From positions 62,001-124,480 of the forward strand of contig JYFJ02000538.1 of the NCBI GenBank assembly GCA_000934665.2: a DNA stretch of 62,480 nt. The letters run 5' to 3'. Origin of the DNA: Catajapyx aquilonaris (Eukaryota). This document shows, one piece after another, positions 1-13,100 of the stretch. The notes beneath the pieces are model-generated. The model saw only the letters and a program-made list of their open reading frames with translations. It searched no databases and was not told the origin of the DNA. The stretch's first letter is position 1. Each line of letters starts with the position of its first letter. The position numbers and the translations under genes are program-made.

Positions 1-1193
1 ATATAAATGATCCAATGTTCTTAGCCCCTCCTGCCACGATATTGAGTGGAAACAGTCACAAAATGAAGAATTTGAAATGCAGATTTATAAGATACTGTAC
101 CAGGGTATTTAATCACCCAAGTTTAATTTTTTCATCTGATAATATTATGAACAACTGCCATTAAAAATTCTGGCAGTCTGAGGAAGGTCTCTCCTGGAAG
201 GGTTCCTCCCCGAGAATATCACCAAAATATTTTCATACTTCGACACATTCCACGACAAGGGATCACCATTCTTTCATGATGCAAGAAAATGCATAATTAT
301 GGAATATTGTGCACATTACCTTTGGATGTAGGACCCTTCGTTCACAATGGGCAACCTTGCCTCATGAACTTTCCTGTGTGTTATGATACCATGCAATTGA
401 ATTTCTCTTGCAGGCCCGAAAGTAAAAAAATATATTCCAGTGTATCATGATTGTATAGTGCTATATGGCAAGATAAAGTCATCATAGCATTGCTTTATGA
501 AGAATCCTAATCATGTTTTGCAAGCAAAATGCAGAATACCATTTAGCTGTGACTTCATTTTAGTGCAGCAGTTCGAAAGCAAATTCCATCAGTAACATTG
601 GTTTTTATTTTTATTTGAATTTGCCCACTCTAAAACAACAGCTTCCAACAACCGAAATCTGCCAATGGCGTAAGGCTGTAAGTGATAAGACACCAAATCC
701 CGTCATATTTTCATTTGAAGGGTTTGGATGTGTGCTGTAAAGGTATGATCTGCACCCTATGCAGCTCAACTCACAGATAGATTGAAAGAGACCGCTAGAA
801 GGTTTTAATATCTCCATTCATCTGAACTATTCTATCAGGTTCTGCAGGGAGTTTTAAAAAATGCCCTCCACAATAAATTGAATATACCTTTAGAACACGC
901 TTGTAATTAAGCAGCTTTATTTACTTATTAATGGGAGCTGGAGAACAAAAGGGAGGTCCAAAAACAGGTGGTAAAAGTTGGGGATAAATCCACGGATGGG
1001 GGAAAAATACAAAATAAAGGCCCTCTCCCAATCCTCGTATGAAAGATCACTAGAAAAAAAATGGGATGCAAAATTGTACCCCGCCTGTAAACCTTCCCTT
1101 TCTCCCCTCCAAACTCTCTCTCTCTCTCTCTCTCTGCCCCATTCTTTCCCCCTTGCCCACCCCCCCTCCCGAAAAACAGTTTAATTACACCAA

Positions 1194-4100
1194 CTAGTTG
1201 GCAGCTTGTCCTTCTTGAGACCCGGGAAGCACATAGCGGACATACGGCACCTCCACATCATTCCCGTCGTCATCATTGCAGCACAGCTCAAATACTAGGG
1301 CACGCACATGCGGCTCAATTGGTCGGCGAGATACCTTTCGAACCACATCTGTCATCCTGGAAACACACAACATTAAATGCCATTGTAAATTAATAATTTT
1401 GCTTTTAAAACACACAATTGGCCTCACAAATCATGAGGGTTAACTTACTTGAGGTCCATTCGCTCATCGGTCTTGGCTTTAGGTAAGAAGAAAGCGTACA
1501 GCATGCAGACACCATGTGACAACATGGTGATCTGGAGGCGGTGCTCCCTCTGGAAGTATTCAATGAACTCCCTGAGAGTCATTTCTCCATCGACATCAAA
1601 ACGGTCCCATTGGGTCCAAACTTGGTCGTAGTACTTCTGCTTCTGGGCTGCAATTGGCTCTGAGAATGCCACCATAGGCAGAGCCAGGTTCACGAACCCA
1701 TTCTTAAATCGAGTGAGATGCCTCTCCTCTCCTCCTGCTGATACTCCGGCCCAGCCTGATGCACCTAGTTCAATCTTCTCCTGAACGAGTTTGATAAGCT
1801 CCAGGCAGGCCAAGCCTGACACTACCGCAGTGGTGGTAGCAATGGCAGGAATGATCTTCCCGGCAATCAGCTTGGAGGTGAGACGGTCAGCAGGAGCAAT
1901 ACCATAATTTTCTGCACGCGAGTTGGAGGCAGCCACAATAAAGTCCATGTGGAAGTTGGTGTCATCATCCTTCTCAAACTCTATTGGGCTTATGGAAACA
2001 CCACGCATGCTGGTCGCGGATGGAAGTTCCTTCTGCAGTTGTTCCACACGATCTGAATCCGCTGTGAGAGAAAAAGAATTTAATGAAGGTAAAATACACC
2101 AAAATTGTCATCTCAGGACTCCCAACTGTCAAAAACACATACAGGGTGACAAGCAGGGAAAAACACTGCTTACAGAAATTCAGCTTAATTTTCACACATG
2201 GCTGAAGTACAACATTGGAGTACAAATTGCCATCAGCCATTGCCTACCAGGAATGAAAAGTGACTATGGTTAGAGAAAATCAGATAAACAAGCTGGATTT
2301 TTCTTATGGCATTATTCTTCCTTGTTAGATCACCCTGCATTTATCAACTTGTGCCAACTTACCCATGTTATTGCTGTTTGACTGCATCTCTGCATCATTG
2401 ACTGCAATGCGTACCCCAGATCGTGGGACAAAAACAGGGACCTCTACCTGCTGCACTATGTTGGCCACCAACTCCCGGTCAAGGCATGGAGACAGACCAT
2501 ACATCACAGCCTTCAGATTTGCAGCGGCCATAATGAAGTCCAAGTGCAAAGGCTGTAAAACACAGTAATGAAAGCAGCTGGCACTTTAATGTCGTAAGAA
2601 TTTGATCGACATTTTGGGCCTACATCTCCACCAATTGTTATAACACACTGAGCAGAAATCAGTTCACAGCTGCATCATTGGAAATTTCTTGCACACTCAC
2701 CCCTGTTGCCTCACCTTCAAGTTAATTTCAAGCTAATTTTGACCAGGTATTCACAATTCATAATCAGAAACAATGGGATATTTTTCTCCTTATTTTCAAC
2801 TGATACAAATTGGCCTTAACTACACAAAAGAAGCTACTCAACTGATGGGAGACTTAAATCAGGGGAAGTTAGCCTTGGTTATACATTATACATTGGACGA
2901 AGATAAAATAAATGATCTACTAACATTGGCAGCATCGAAGGTGAGTGGATGTGGGCACCTCTTGGGTCCAGACCAGAAAGGCTGTCCTGAAGAGGTGGTC
3001 TGATCAGGTGGGAAGTTGAAGAGCAACTGCTTGATCTGGTTGTCATACTGCTCCTGCCAATGGAGCCGTGCCCATGCCACACAATCCTCATATTTCTCAG
3101 GCCTGTCATCAACAAGGGCTCTTTTTACAGAATCCAGCACTTCCAAGGGTTGGGCACCTGGCAACTTCAGGGTTCTTTCCAGGAACCGAGGGTCGGAAAG
3201 GTACTGGGCAGCATTCTCAGCAGCCTTTCCAAAAAGGCCTTCAAATGCATCGCGAGCCCACTGCAAGGTGTGTTCTATGGCATTGGGGAAGTTCTTTAGG
3301 GTGCACACTGGGATGGACTTTTCTGGGGGGTCATGAGAAGCCGAGTACGACTCGGTCAAGTTGGGGATCACCACCTGGGTGTTCCCTTTGGTTCCCAATG
3401 TCCCTGACTCCAGGAGAGGCTTCCGGTAGTATAAACACCGGCGGTCCATGTAGATCCCTTGAAGAAAAAAGTAGACACAACTAAATTAGCTGGGAAAGAC
3501 TTCTGAGTGAACAATGTGTGCAAGTTACACTGAACCAAAATTAAAAGTGCGAAATTTTAGTCCCACAAAATCCACTAGCCTCCTGTAGCATGTAACTGCA
3601 ATTCTATTCACTATCTAATCAATGGGCACGCCTTGTGTAAAGCAACCATGTGGATTTGCTGTCGCCATACAGTATATTCTTTATCGTCACTACTGAGATG
3701 GTTATAAACCTACTAGTATTCTATTACCACCACTACTTAATAATCCACTCACTAGCTTCCACATTGTCAAGTGCGTTGGCTACCCCATCAAGAGCATTGA
3801 AGAAGTCGTCGTCATAAAGGTGTTCAGTTTCCTGGCCCACCCTGTTTTCATGGGCCATCACGTTGGCATCAGGGTTCATTTGCTTAACAGCAGCAGCAGC
3901 AGTTACAGACTTGGGCCTCTGCACATCCCACGGACGAAACAGGAACTGACGGTTCAGGTTGGATCTCTCAATCAGGTCCATGTCTGTCACTGTTACCCTC
4001 CCCCTTGGGCCTGTTCCAATGCCCAGCATTGCAAAGTTCTTCAAATGTTCACATCCAATGGCACCAGCACCAACCACAAAGTAGTTCAAGTTTCCAATGG

Positions 4101-7100
4101 CTTTCTGAAACTCCTGGCCAAAGATTGCCACCTGGGCATCATACCTGGAGCCAGTCTGAAAGATAAAAGGTAATGTTGATGTTTGATATTTAATGAAGGT
4201 AGCTCACTCCTTCACATGGTGCAAAACTATATCAATGCAACATTTAAATAATTACAAGGTGGAAGGGCTGGATTCACAAATGGACTTAAATAACGATGTG
4301 CATACAAGTTGGTATGCTGGACATATTAGCAGCCACTAAATGTTTATTTTCCGGCAAAGCGATGGCGTGTACAGAGGACCCTCCGTATCCGCAGAGGTTT
4401 GGTTCCAGGACTTCCCACAGATACAGAGATCTGCGGATGCTAAAGTTCTTGATTTAATATGGGGTAGCACTTGCATACAACCTACACACATTTTCCCGTA
4501 TACTTTAATTCATCTCGAAATTAGTTAATACCTAAAACAATGTAAATAATTGTTACACTGTATTGTAGTGCTTGGAAGACAGCAAATTCAAGATCTGCTT
4601 TTGGAACTTTCTAGTTTTTCTGTTTCCCACCGAGGGACCTCTATACATCATTGTTTGGTATTGTTGCTGCAACAGCTTGAAACCCTCTTGCACTGCACAA
4701 CTTATTTCACCCTTCTGGGAATCCACCCTCTAGAAATCTGAAAAGTTCCTTTCAGAGTAACTCAGACAGGCCTGGTTGTAAAAATGTTTACCTTTGAAAT
4801 TATTTGCATGTTATTGGCACAACACCTAGAATACACAAAGAAGCCTTTGTCTAGACCCTCTGACACTGTGTGTCCAGATGTCTTGCATGACCTAGCAGCA
4901 CCATTGGGATTGCTCCACAAATATTCCCTTGCATCTACAGTTATTCTCCAATGATCCAAGATGGCTTGGACCATACAAATTTCTCCTCTTCTCTTCTCAC
5001 ATTTTAGTATGTGTTCTACAAAGTAATACTTTTGAATGTTACAACAGTAATTTTTAAATGACTATCAACATTTTAACTTCCCCACACATCATTTGCATTC
5101 TTACCACCGGGCCTTATAAACCATTTTGCACCAACACCTGCCACACATACTTCACAAAACCATGTTCACCCTCCGTCTCCTGCTCTCTTCTGCACATTTT
5201 GGGTGGGGGTATAAAAATAGCTCTTTAGGTGAAAATCACTGAATCTGGCACCATTGGTTTTGCTCTCAATTCATGCACAAGATGGGGCTGAAGCGTCCAA
5301 GACCTACAAATTCGAGTTGCATCTTGAGAGAACCATTTACCGCCTCATATGCTATGCATGAGAAAGTGACATCCTATTGCGACATCCGTGCAGTTTTTTA
5401 AAAGGCAGCTTCCACCCATCAAAAAAATCCTAGATAAATCTATATGATTGCCCACTCCCTCTAATACATTATGAAAACATTAAGTGTCAGTTTAAAAATT
5501 CTTCAAAGGTCCAGTTTAAATGGAGGTAATGTGAGTCACTAGGTGCAAAAAAAGGTGGCTCAGGTGTCAAGCGCGCAATGCCGAGAGCTGAAAGCAGTCC
5601 GCCCGACCAATTAGGAGCGAAGATATTCTTTACAACTGCAATGTCACAGGGGAGTTTACCTACGCTTCACAGATCATTCTGAGTCTCTCGCTCCCCCCCC
5701 CTCCCACCCCCAGCAAAAAGTACATAATTTCAAGAATTTTTTTATGCTTTTCAGCTGCACGTCCACTTACTGGGAAATATACCGCAGGGAACTGTATTTA
5801 AATTCACGCAGTATATGTTTGTTTACAATGAGACCTGTGGCCTGTGACGTCGTGTCATTAAAAATATCATGCGAGTGGCGTAAATACTCATGAACATAGC
5901 CTTAGGTAACTCTTCTAGTTTCTATGGTGAAAGAAATTTCCGTCATACCAGTGAATTTTAAATAAATTATTTTGTTTGGCTGTATTATAATACAACCAAA
6001 ATGGCTGCGGGAAACAAAGGGTTAATTGAAATATGACAAAGATGATTACCGGTTTGCAGTTGTCTGCCGTAAGCGAGCTGGTGTCACTTGGCAGGCACTC
6101 AAGGGCATCAAAGTACATCCACTGATGTATGGGCGTGAATTTCCCACTGCAAGCCTTCATTACTTCCTGAGCCACAATTCCTCCTACAAACGCATTGATT
6201 GGGGTGAGGTTTCCCTGACATGTTTTTGCAAATGACCTGAAGAGGTCCTCGTTCAGCCCTTCCTTCTTCTCATCCAGCTCCTTGGCAAGGCTAAGAAAAT
6301 CTTCGGCATCTGCCTCCTTCCAAGGCTCAGGTAAGCCCCCATTATTCCGCTGCTGATAGGTATGAACAGTACGAAATGCCAAATGAAGTTGTGGTGGGCG
6401 ATCAAACTTTCCAAAGTCAGTGTGGAAAAACTCTGGGTCTTGCAGGGAATCCTTCAGTGACTTAAAGTTCATCTGGAAGGGCATCTTCACTTGTGTAACA
6501 ATTCCTCCTTGCTTGTATGGAGTTAAGCCAGTGGTATCCCCAATGCTGAAGGTGTATGGACCTAGGACTCTGATCTTTCGGGGTTCACAGCCATTAAGCT
6601 CAGTCATGCCCTGGACTTCAGAGAAGGTGACGCAATTGCCATCTTCCAAACCATGGCGAGCTTCATCCAGGCAAGTCACCACCCCTTCAGCATCCTGAAA
6701 ATGGGATAATTTGCCAGGATGAACAATGATTAGCAACAATAATCAGACAATATTATCACAAAAGTTTTCTTTGGAAAATACTTCCATTACAATCTAGCAG
6801 AGGCGTCAAAATTAACCAATCACTACAACTTACTTGGCATCATTTTATTTAATATTCTTCCCTCTCCAATGAGAGTAGACATTTTCCCCAACTGAAGCAC
6901 CATAAATCCTTGGTCCAAAATAAATGATGGACTAAGGAATTATATTGCAGTTTCAATAGGAAATTATTGCGAATGTGACAGTAAATAATGTCAACTTTTC
7001 GAAGTGTTTAAAAATATGAAGGCTTTTAAAAACCTCAATGCACTCCTATCCAGTATTCCAAAATTGTGGGCTTCATACGTTATAATTACTGGGGAACATC

Positions 7101-10100
7101 ATTTCTCTGCATGATATCAGATGCAGTCATGCTGCTGAAATTGCTGATCTTACTTGATAATAACATGCAAACTTTTCACAAAGACCTCACCATAGTAATG
7201 CTGGCAATCATGGCTGACACTGGTTGCTCTCCATCACGGTCTACCACCGTGAAGTGTTCCCCAAAATCACAGAACACTTGACCAAACAGGCCTCTGCTAT
7301 CTGCAATTATCAGTGCTGTCTCCAATGCACCACCACCTGCTCGTATTGCCTGTGATACCCTGAGCTGCTCTTCCAAACTGCTATCAGTCAGCACTACCAC
7401 TCTGAATTTGCGAACAATCTCATCAGTGAGTTGGCCTGTGTGTGCCTTGGTTGGGACGTAGGTGTTCAGTTCTGACAGTCGCTGGCAGCAGGCCTCTGCT
7501 CTGTTACGGCCTATGTCTTCAGCCTTGAGAAAGAATTGTGAGCCCAAGTCCCGAACAGTTGCCTGGCGCTGGTCATGCAAAGTGACCGACTTGACTCCTC
7601 CGAGAATGACATTCTTTGCCACCTCCACCCCGAGGCCACCCATGCCAGAAATCAGCACATCAGAGCACGCCATACGCCGCATTGCATCATGGCCCAGCAC
7701 ATAAAGCTGCCGGGAGTACAGGCCCTCATCAATCTCCTCCGGGCCATTGGACGTGCCATTCTGAGCCATGTCCTGCATGTTGGGAAAAGAAAGCAGATTA
7801 GATGGGAAAAAGTACTGACTTAGAATTTTAGTGATGTAACATGTTTTGTCACAAATGTTCAATCTCTAAACATTTTCAAATGAATATCACAATCAATAAA
7901 CCTAAATGGAAATCTTTTAAGGTCTTCGGGGGGAAAATCAAGCACAACCAACTAAACTGCCTTGGACATGATGCCACGAAGGGCCACAAAGGGAGGAGGG
8001 GGGGGGGGGAGAGNGGGGAGAGAGAGAGAGAGAGGAGGAGAAGAGAGAGGGAGAGGGAGAGGGAGAGAGAGAGAAACATACGAGATTTTAAATATTCTCC
8101 TTGTTACTTTAGTTAAAGTAAAATCATCAAGCCCCTTAAATGGTGTGTATGAGTTTGTGTAAGATATTAATTGACTTGGTACAACTTTGTGGCAATGAAA
8201 TCCTTCAAGTCTTCTTTCCCCATTGCATGAATTTTGGCTGCTTTGCCACATCCCAAGTACAATCATCTTTGGGCAATAAATGATGTAATCATCACCTGCA
8301 TGGGAAACTGGATACTGCCGAAACTCATTTTTGTATGGTCTCATCAAATGATTTTCTAGGCACTTCTGCTTCATACCAAACCTATTCATTACAAACAATT
8401 TTCCAGGATTGGAGCATGTGATACAGACTTCAGATTAATAGGAAAGAATGCCTTCCAGGATTGATTTTGATGCTAAATGCACCATCATTTTTAGTGGAGA
8501 TCGTATCTAACACTATCAGAAGCAAAAATGAAACTCAGGTTTCTGATGTGTGAAAACCAGGGATTAAAATTTAATAATTGTCCAATTTTAAAAGTATTTA
8601 ATGGCCACTGGATGATATTGGAAGGTCTTGGAATTATTTTCAATTTTCACAATGATGATGGGGCAGGGTGTGTGTGTGAGAGAGAGTCAACATGACTGCA
8701 CATTCAAATTAAACTGCATATCAGTTAGTTAAAAATAATGAGTAATTCAAAAAACTGGGCATGACTGTGCACTTTTTAATTTCTTCTTGTCACCAGTTGA
8801 AAATTAACAAATTGCAAATTCAGGAATTTCAAGCCTTGATTTTCACAACTCATAAACCTCGGAGGGGAGGGGGAACCAAAGAGAGTTTCACTTTTACTTT
8901 TAACATTGCACTAAAAACTATGGTGCAAAGCAGCAAAATAGATCCTGGAAGGGACCATGTAAAATCTCCTTAATAACATGTCATACAAGGTGGGTTTCTT
9001 CTATCATATCTTTTTCTCCTGAGACCCAATACCCCCTGGTAAAATCCCATCCAGTTCCAAAGTAACATTAGTGCAACCACCATCCCTCGAGTTCACCAAG
9101 AGAGAACCATTAGCCTGCAACAAAGCCTCATAACCAGAACTGATTAACAGCAGCTGGACTACTCAAATATTAAGACATGCAACATTTTCATGGTTTGGCT
9201 TTGTCCCTTCCGCCTCCATGGTAACACTTGACAACTAATTTGTATGCATGGATGACTATTTAACATTTGCTGAATCACCTTCCCTTGAAGTGACCTCTAC
9301 AATAATAACGTGAACTGGCATAACAACATGCAATACATTTATTTTTAAACAGCAATGCAATGTGGCTAGCTCAGGACATAGTAGTGCTGAAACAGTCAAT
9401 TGATCTGTAACACTCTTTAAAAATTAATCCCGGCCAGAAATGGCACAGGGCAAGCAACTACCCTCACTGAGCCTCATCTTTCTGGGTCACTGCAAATCAA
9501 TGACTACTCCCTTGTACGAAATGCAGTCAGAAGGAGCGGACACTGAGAATAACCATGCCACTGTCCTCTTTTCTAATCTTTCTCCCAACACAACTCACAA
9601 AGATCCCCGAGGCACTCTCCGCCACCTCCAGCTCAATGGACACGAATGTCTTCTTGAGCCTGGTCAACGAGGACACAGCGTCTTCGCTGGCGGCGGAGAG
9701 CGGACCAGCCGGGTTCACCTCATCCATGGAGCAAACGCTACCCATGTCTCCACAACAGAAACCCCAACTGATTTTTTCAGTGCATGTGAACTGAATCGAT
9801 TGCCCCCCTTTAACTCCTCCCCACCTGTCTCATGTCAATAGTGAACAGGTGTACTAGTAGGGGGAGGGTGGTTGGGTTGGTCTGGTGATAGCAATGGAGA
9901 CTGGGCAGGAACGAGGTGGGAGAGGGAGGTGGCCGACACACGAATAGTGTCGCATGAAGTGGATCGATGCAAACATTGACCCCTTACCGTCTCCATACTG
10001 CACGGTTCCATCTGTCCTGTCGCGAAATTAAATGACCCCTGACTAAGAAAAAAAAAAGTTGCTAATAGCGCGCGCGACACAAAACCAGTGCACCACAACC

Positions 10101-13100
10101 CCACCCACCAGCGCCTACGTCACCCAGGGTTGCGTCATCGACCGGCAAACCCGATTGGTCCACGACTCAAAGCACTTTTGCCAAATTTTTCCCTCGTCCT
10201 TTGTTGCGGAGCCGTGTACGTGTGCAATACTGTATCCGCCTCGACCGCTCTCTTTTTTTTCCTCCCCACTGTACGTTGTCCTCATAACCGCGTGACTTCA
10301 CCCCCACCACCAGATCCTACCAATCCCTCCAGCCACAAAAAGACGACGCGTCACGACAGGAGAAAAAAAAAGTCCGAACAAGGAAGGCGCGCGCGCAGAA
10401 TTTTTCTGGTCCGTGTGCGAAACAAATTACAGGTGCACGAATTGGCAACGTCATGACTCTTCCAAATGCAGGTTTCGCTCGTTGCCGCCAGATACCCTCA
10501 GTTTCCAGTGAGATTTGGCGAGTGCGGGTATGGGCAACTCTGAATAGAGACGGCAGCCATTTTTGGTCCACGGGAAAGAAGAGCAGATCAATCAATGAGA
10601 ATGCCTCCATCTTTTTTCCTTTCACTAGTCAATGGTACAGTACATGGCATTTGGCAGCATAGGATAATCTGGCTGTCCGCCCCAATGCATCTACTTCTTG
10701 TCATGGTGGAGGGGGCTTGCGTTACTCCCATGACCCCAAGAGCTACGCCGACTGTAGCTTCAGCTATTCTACTGGCAGGGCCACCCACGTAGGACAGGTC
10801 TTATGGATAGGAGACCAACTAACTCTTCAATTACTCTCTCCATCTGTCCCCACCTTTGTGGCTTCTAATAGCCAGATAGGTCGTGAGATAGGCACAGTTG
10901 CTTTGGCTCATTCCTAATAAACCTAATCTGACTGATATACTCCTATAAATCCTGGGCGGAGATATGCTCCAAAACTACATGCTGCCCATTTGAAAAGAAA
11001 AGAAAAAGTGACCAAGGGGGTAACCACTCCTCAAAACAGTGTACACCAGTTCCTGGAACCAGGTGGTTCCACCCTGTTCCAAGCCAGCTCCACCCGGTTC
11101 CAAGCTGGTTCTAGGCCGGTTCCTCAGGGACCCTGTACACTGGGTTCCAAGAAGTGGTTACACCGTCAACTGTGACAACAACGAGTTTCTTTCAATTCAT
11201 TGGGAATAATCTGGACAATCTTCCAAGGAAAGGCTGACCTGCATGATCATTGCTCCTCTCAATGCATAAATGAACATGTCAGATATTATTTTCAATACTA
11301 GAATGCAACATTACCAGGAGCTTAATATTGGACGGTATTATGCAATAATTTGTCAACCAGCAAAAATTTCAAAATTGAGCTAAGCCCAGAAACATACCTA
11401 AAGAATCCCACCTCATTCTGTTAAAATCACGCTGATGAAATCCGCATACTTTTGCCATATAAGACTGAAAAGAACACTGAATTAAATTCACAGGTATACT
11501 CATACACTCGTATGAATCATGTGGGTTGAGTCATTATTGCATAACACCGTCCAATTATGCTGCATGAATGGTGCAGCACATTACTTCAAAGTAATACTTT
11601 TCCTTGAAATTAACACTATTTTCACCTTAAAATTCCTCGAATACAGTCAAGCACTGTAGCATGGTACTACCCAAATAAGTCTTGAATATTTCTAGCATCA
11701 ACATGAGCTTATTCAAAATGTAGTGTCACTGCCACATCTGAGTGATACTCAAGTAACCTGAGAAAACAAACCACTGATAAATGGCAACTCCACCTGTAAT
11801 CAGTGATCAAGCAACTTATGGTTTGCTAAACTCAGTGCCACATACGCCACACAAAACGTGTCTACAAGAAACCACATCAATGCTGAGGAACTCCCAAACA
11901 TGTACAACCACCTAAAGCAGGTGCAGGATCAAGTTGGAGAAAGCTTGAAGAGTGCACTTTTAAGGTTGGGGGAAGATGATGCTTTTCTCTGGTGGGGGAT
12001 ACACCGTGTCACAGGCAGGGCAAACCTTGGCCTTGTTCAAAAAAAGCAACTTCGCAAGGAATGAGCAGAGGGAGGGGGGGTAAGAATCTCTACAGTTGCT
12101 AGGGACAGTGTTGGCAAAACCTGAGCAGCAAGAGCTTTTGTGCACCAATAGCAAAAGTGGCATGGAGGGTGGTACACTGTATCAGTTGGTAGCACTATCA
12201 AAACGTATCCAAATGCTGACGGATAATATCTTAAAATACTCTCCATGCCACTTGGCACCAAATTCTAGGTCATAATCCCAGGAAGCGTGAAATTCACATA
12301 TATTTGAAATCAGGGTGTTCCACATCTTATGATGCAATCCTTCATTCCCAATATAAAAAAGCATCTTTAGTTGATGGAATATGTTGAAACTTTGCCAGTC
12401 TCTACATGCATTAGTTACAAAATTTAAATAATATTTAACAATGGACACCTACAAGGTTAAGTTCTGCTATTTTCAGAAGGGATTGTACATAACATTAAAA
12501 AGTGAAAGTCAGTTTTTCCCTGTCAATAGCTGGAGCTATGACAATCTGGTTTGTTCACCAACATGAGCTCAATATTTAAAACCATTCACCTTCCAAACAT
12601 ATGAAGCAATTTGATGGTTCTCAGTTTGGTAAAATCACAACTTTCGTGTCTTAATTTCTTGCTTTCAAATCCCCTCCAGCCCAAGATTGCTGGAAGTTTG
12701 GGCATTATCTCATCGAGTAAGGAGCGAACTCTAAAGCTTTGTATAGAAGCACTTAAAAAACAAACAAATGAAATCAACTAAGACCTATTACTTATGGCAA
12801 AACCAAACCTTTGGGGCGACCTTTCAGCTATGACATCATAGGACTGCTCTGCCATCAGGTGCAAGAAGAGCATAACTCAAAAACTAAGAAAGGTGAAAGC
12901 TTCCCATGCATGCCCAGCACTAATCCCCCCTGACTCGGAGGGGATTAGTGCAGGGCATGCATGCGACTTTCACCCTTACTAGTATTTGAGTTACGGTCTT
13001 CTTGCATCTAATGGCAGTGCTCAACAGCTCATTTTTAATATTCCATGCATATTATACCGAGCAGAAATGTGGTGCAGACATCCTGATCTGGGCAGAAACA

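Noticed and set aside
11850..12200. Possible decayed hAT transposase C-terminus ([22 protein letters not shown])
   Set aside because: The resemblance is weak, the frame is broken by stops and I found no TIRs. It cannot be supported without an HMM search.
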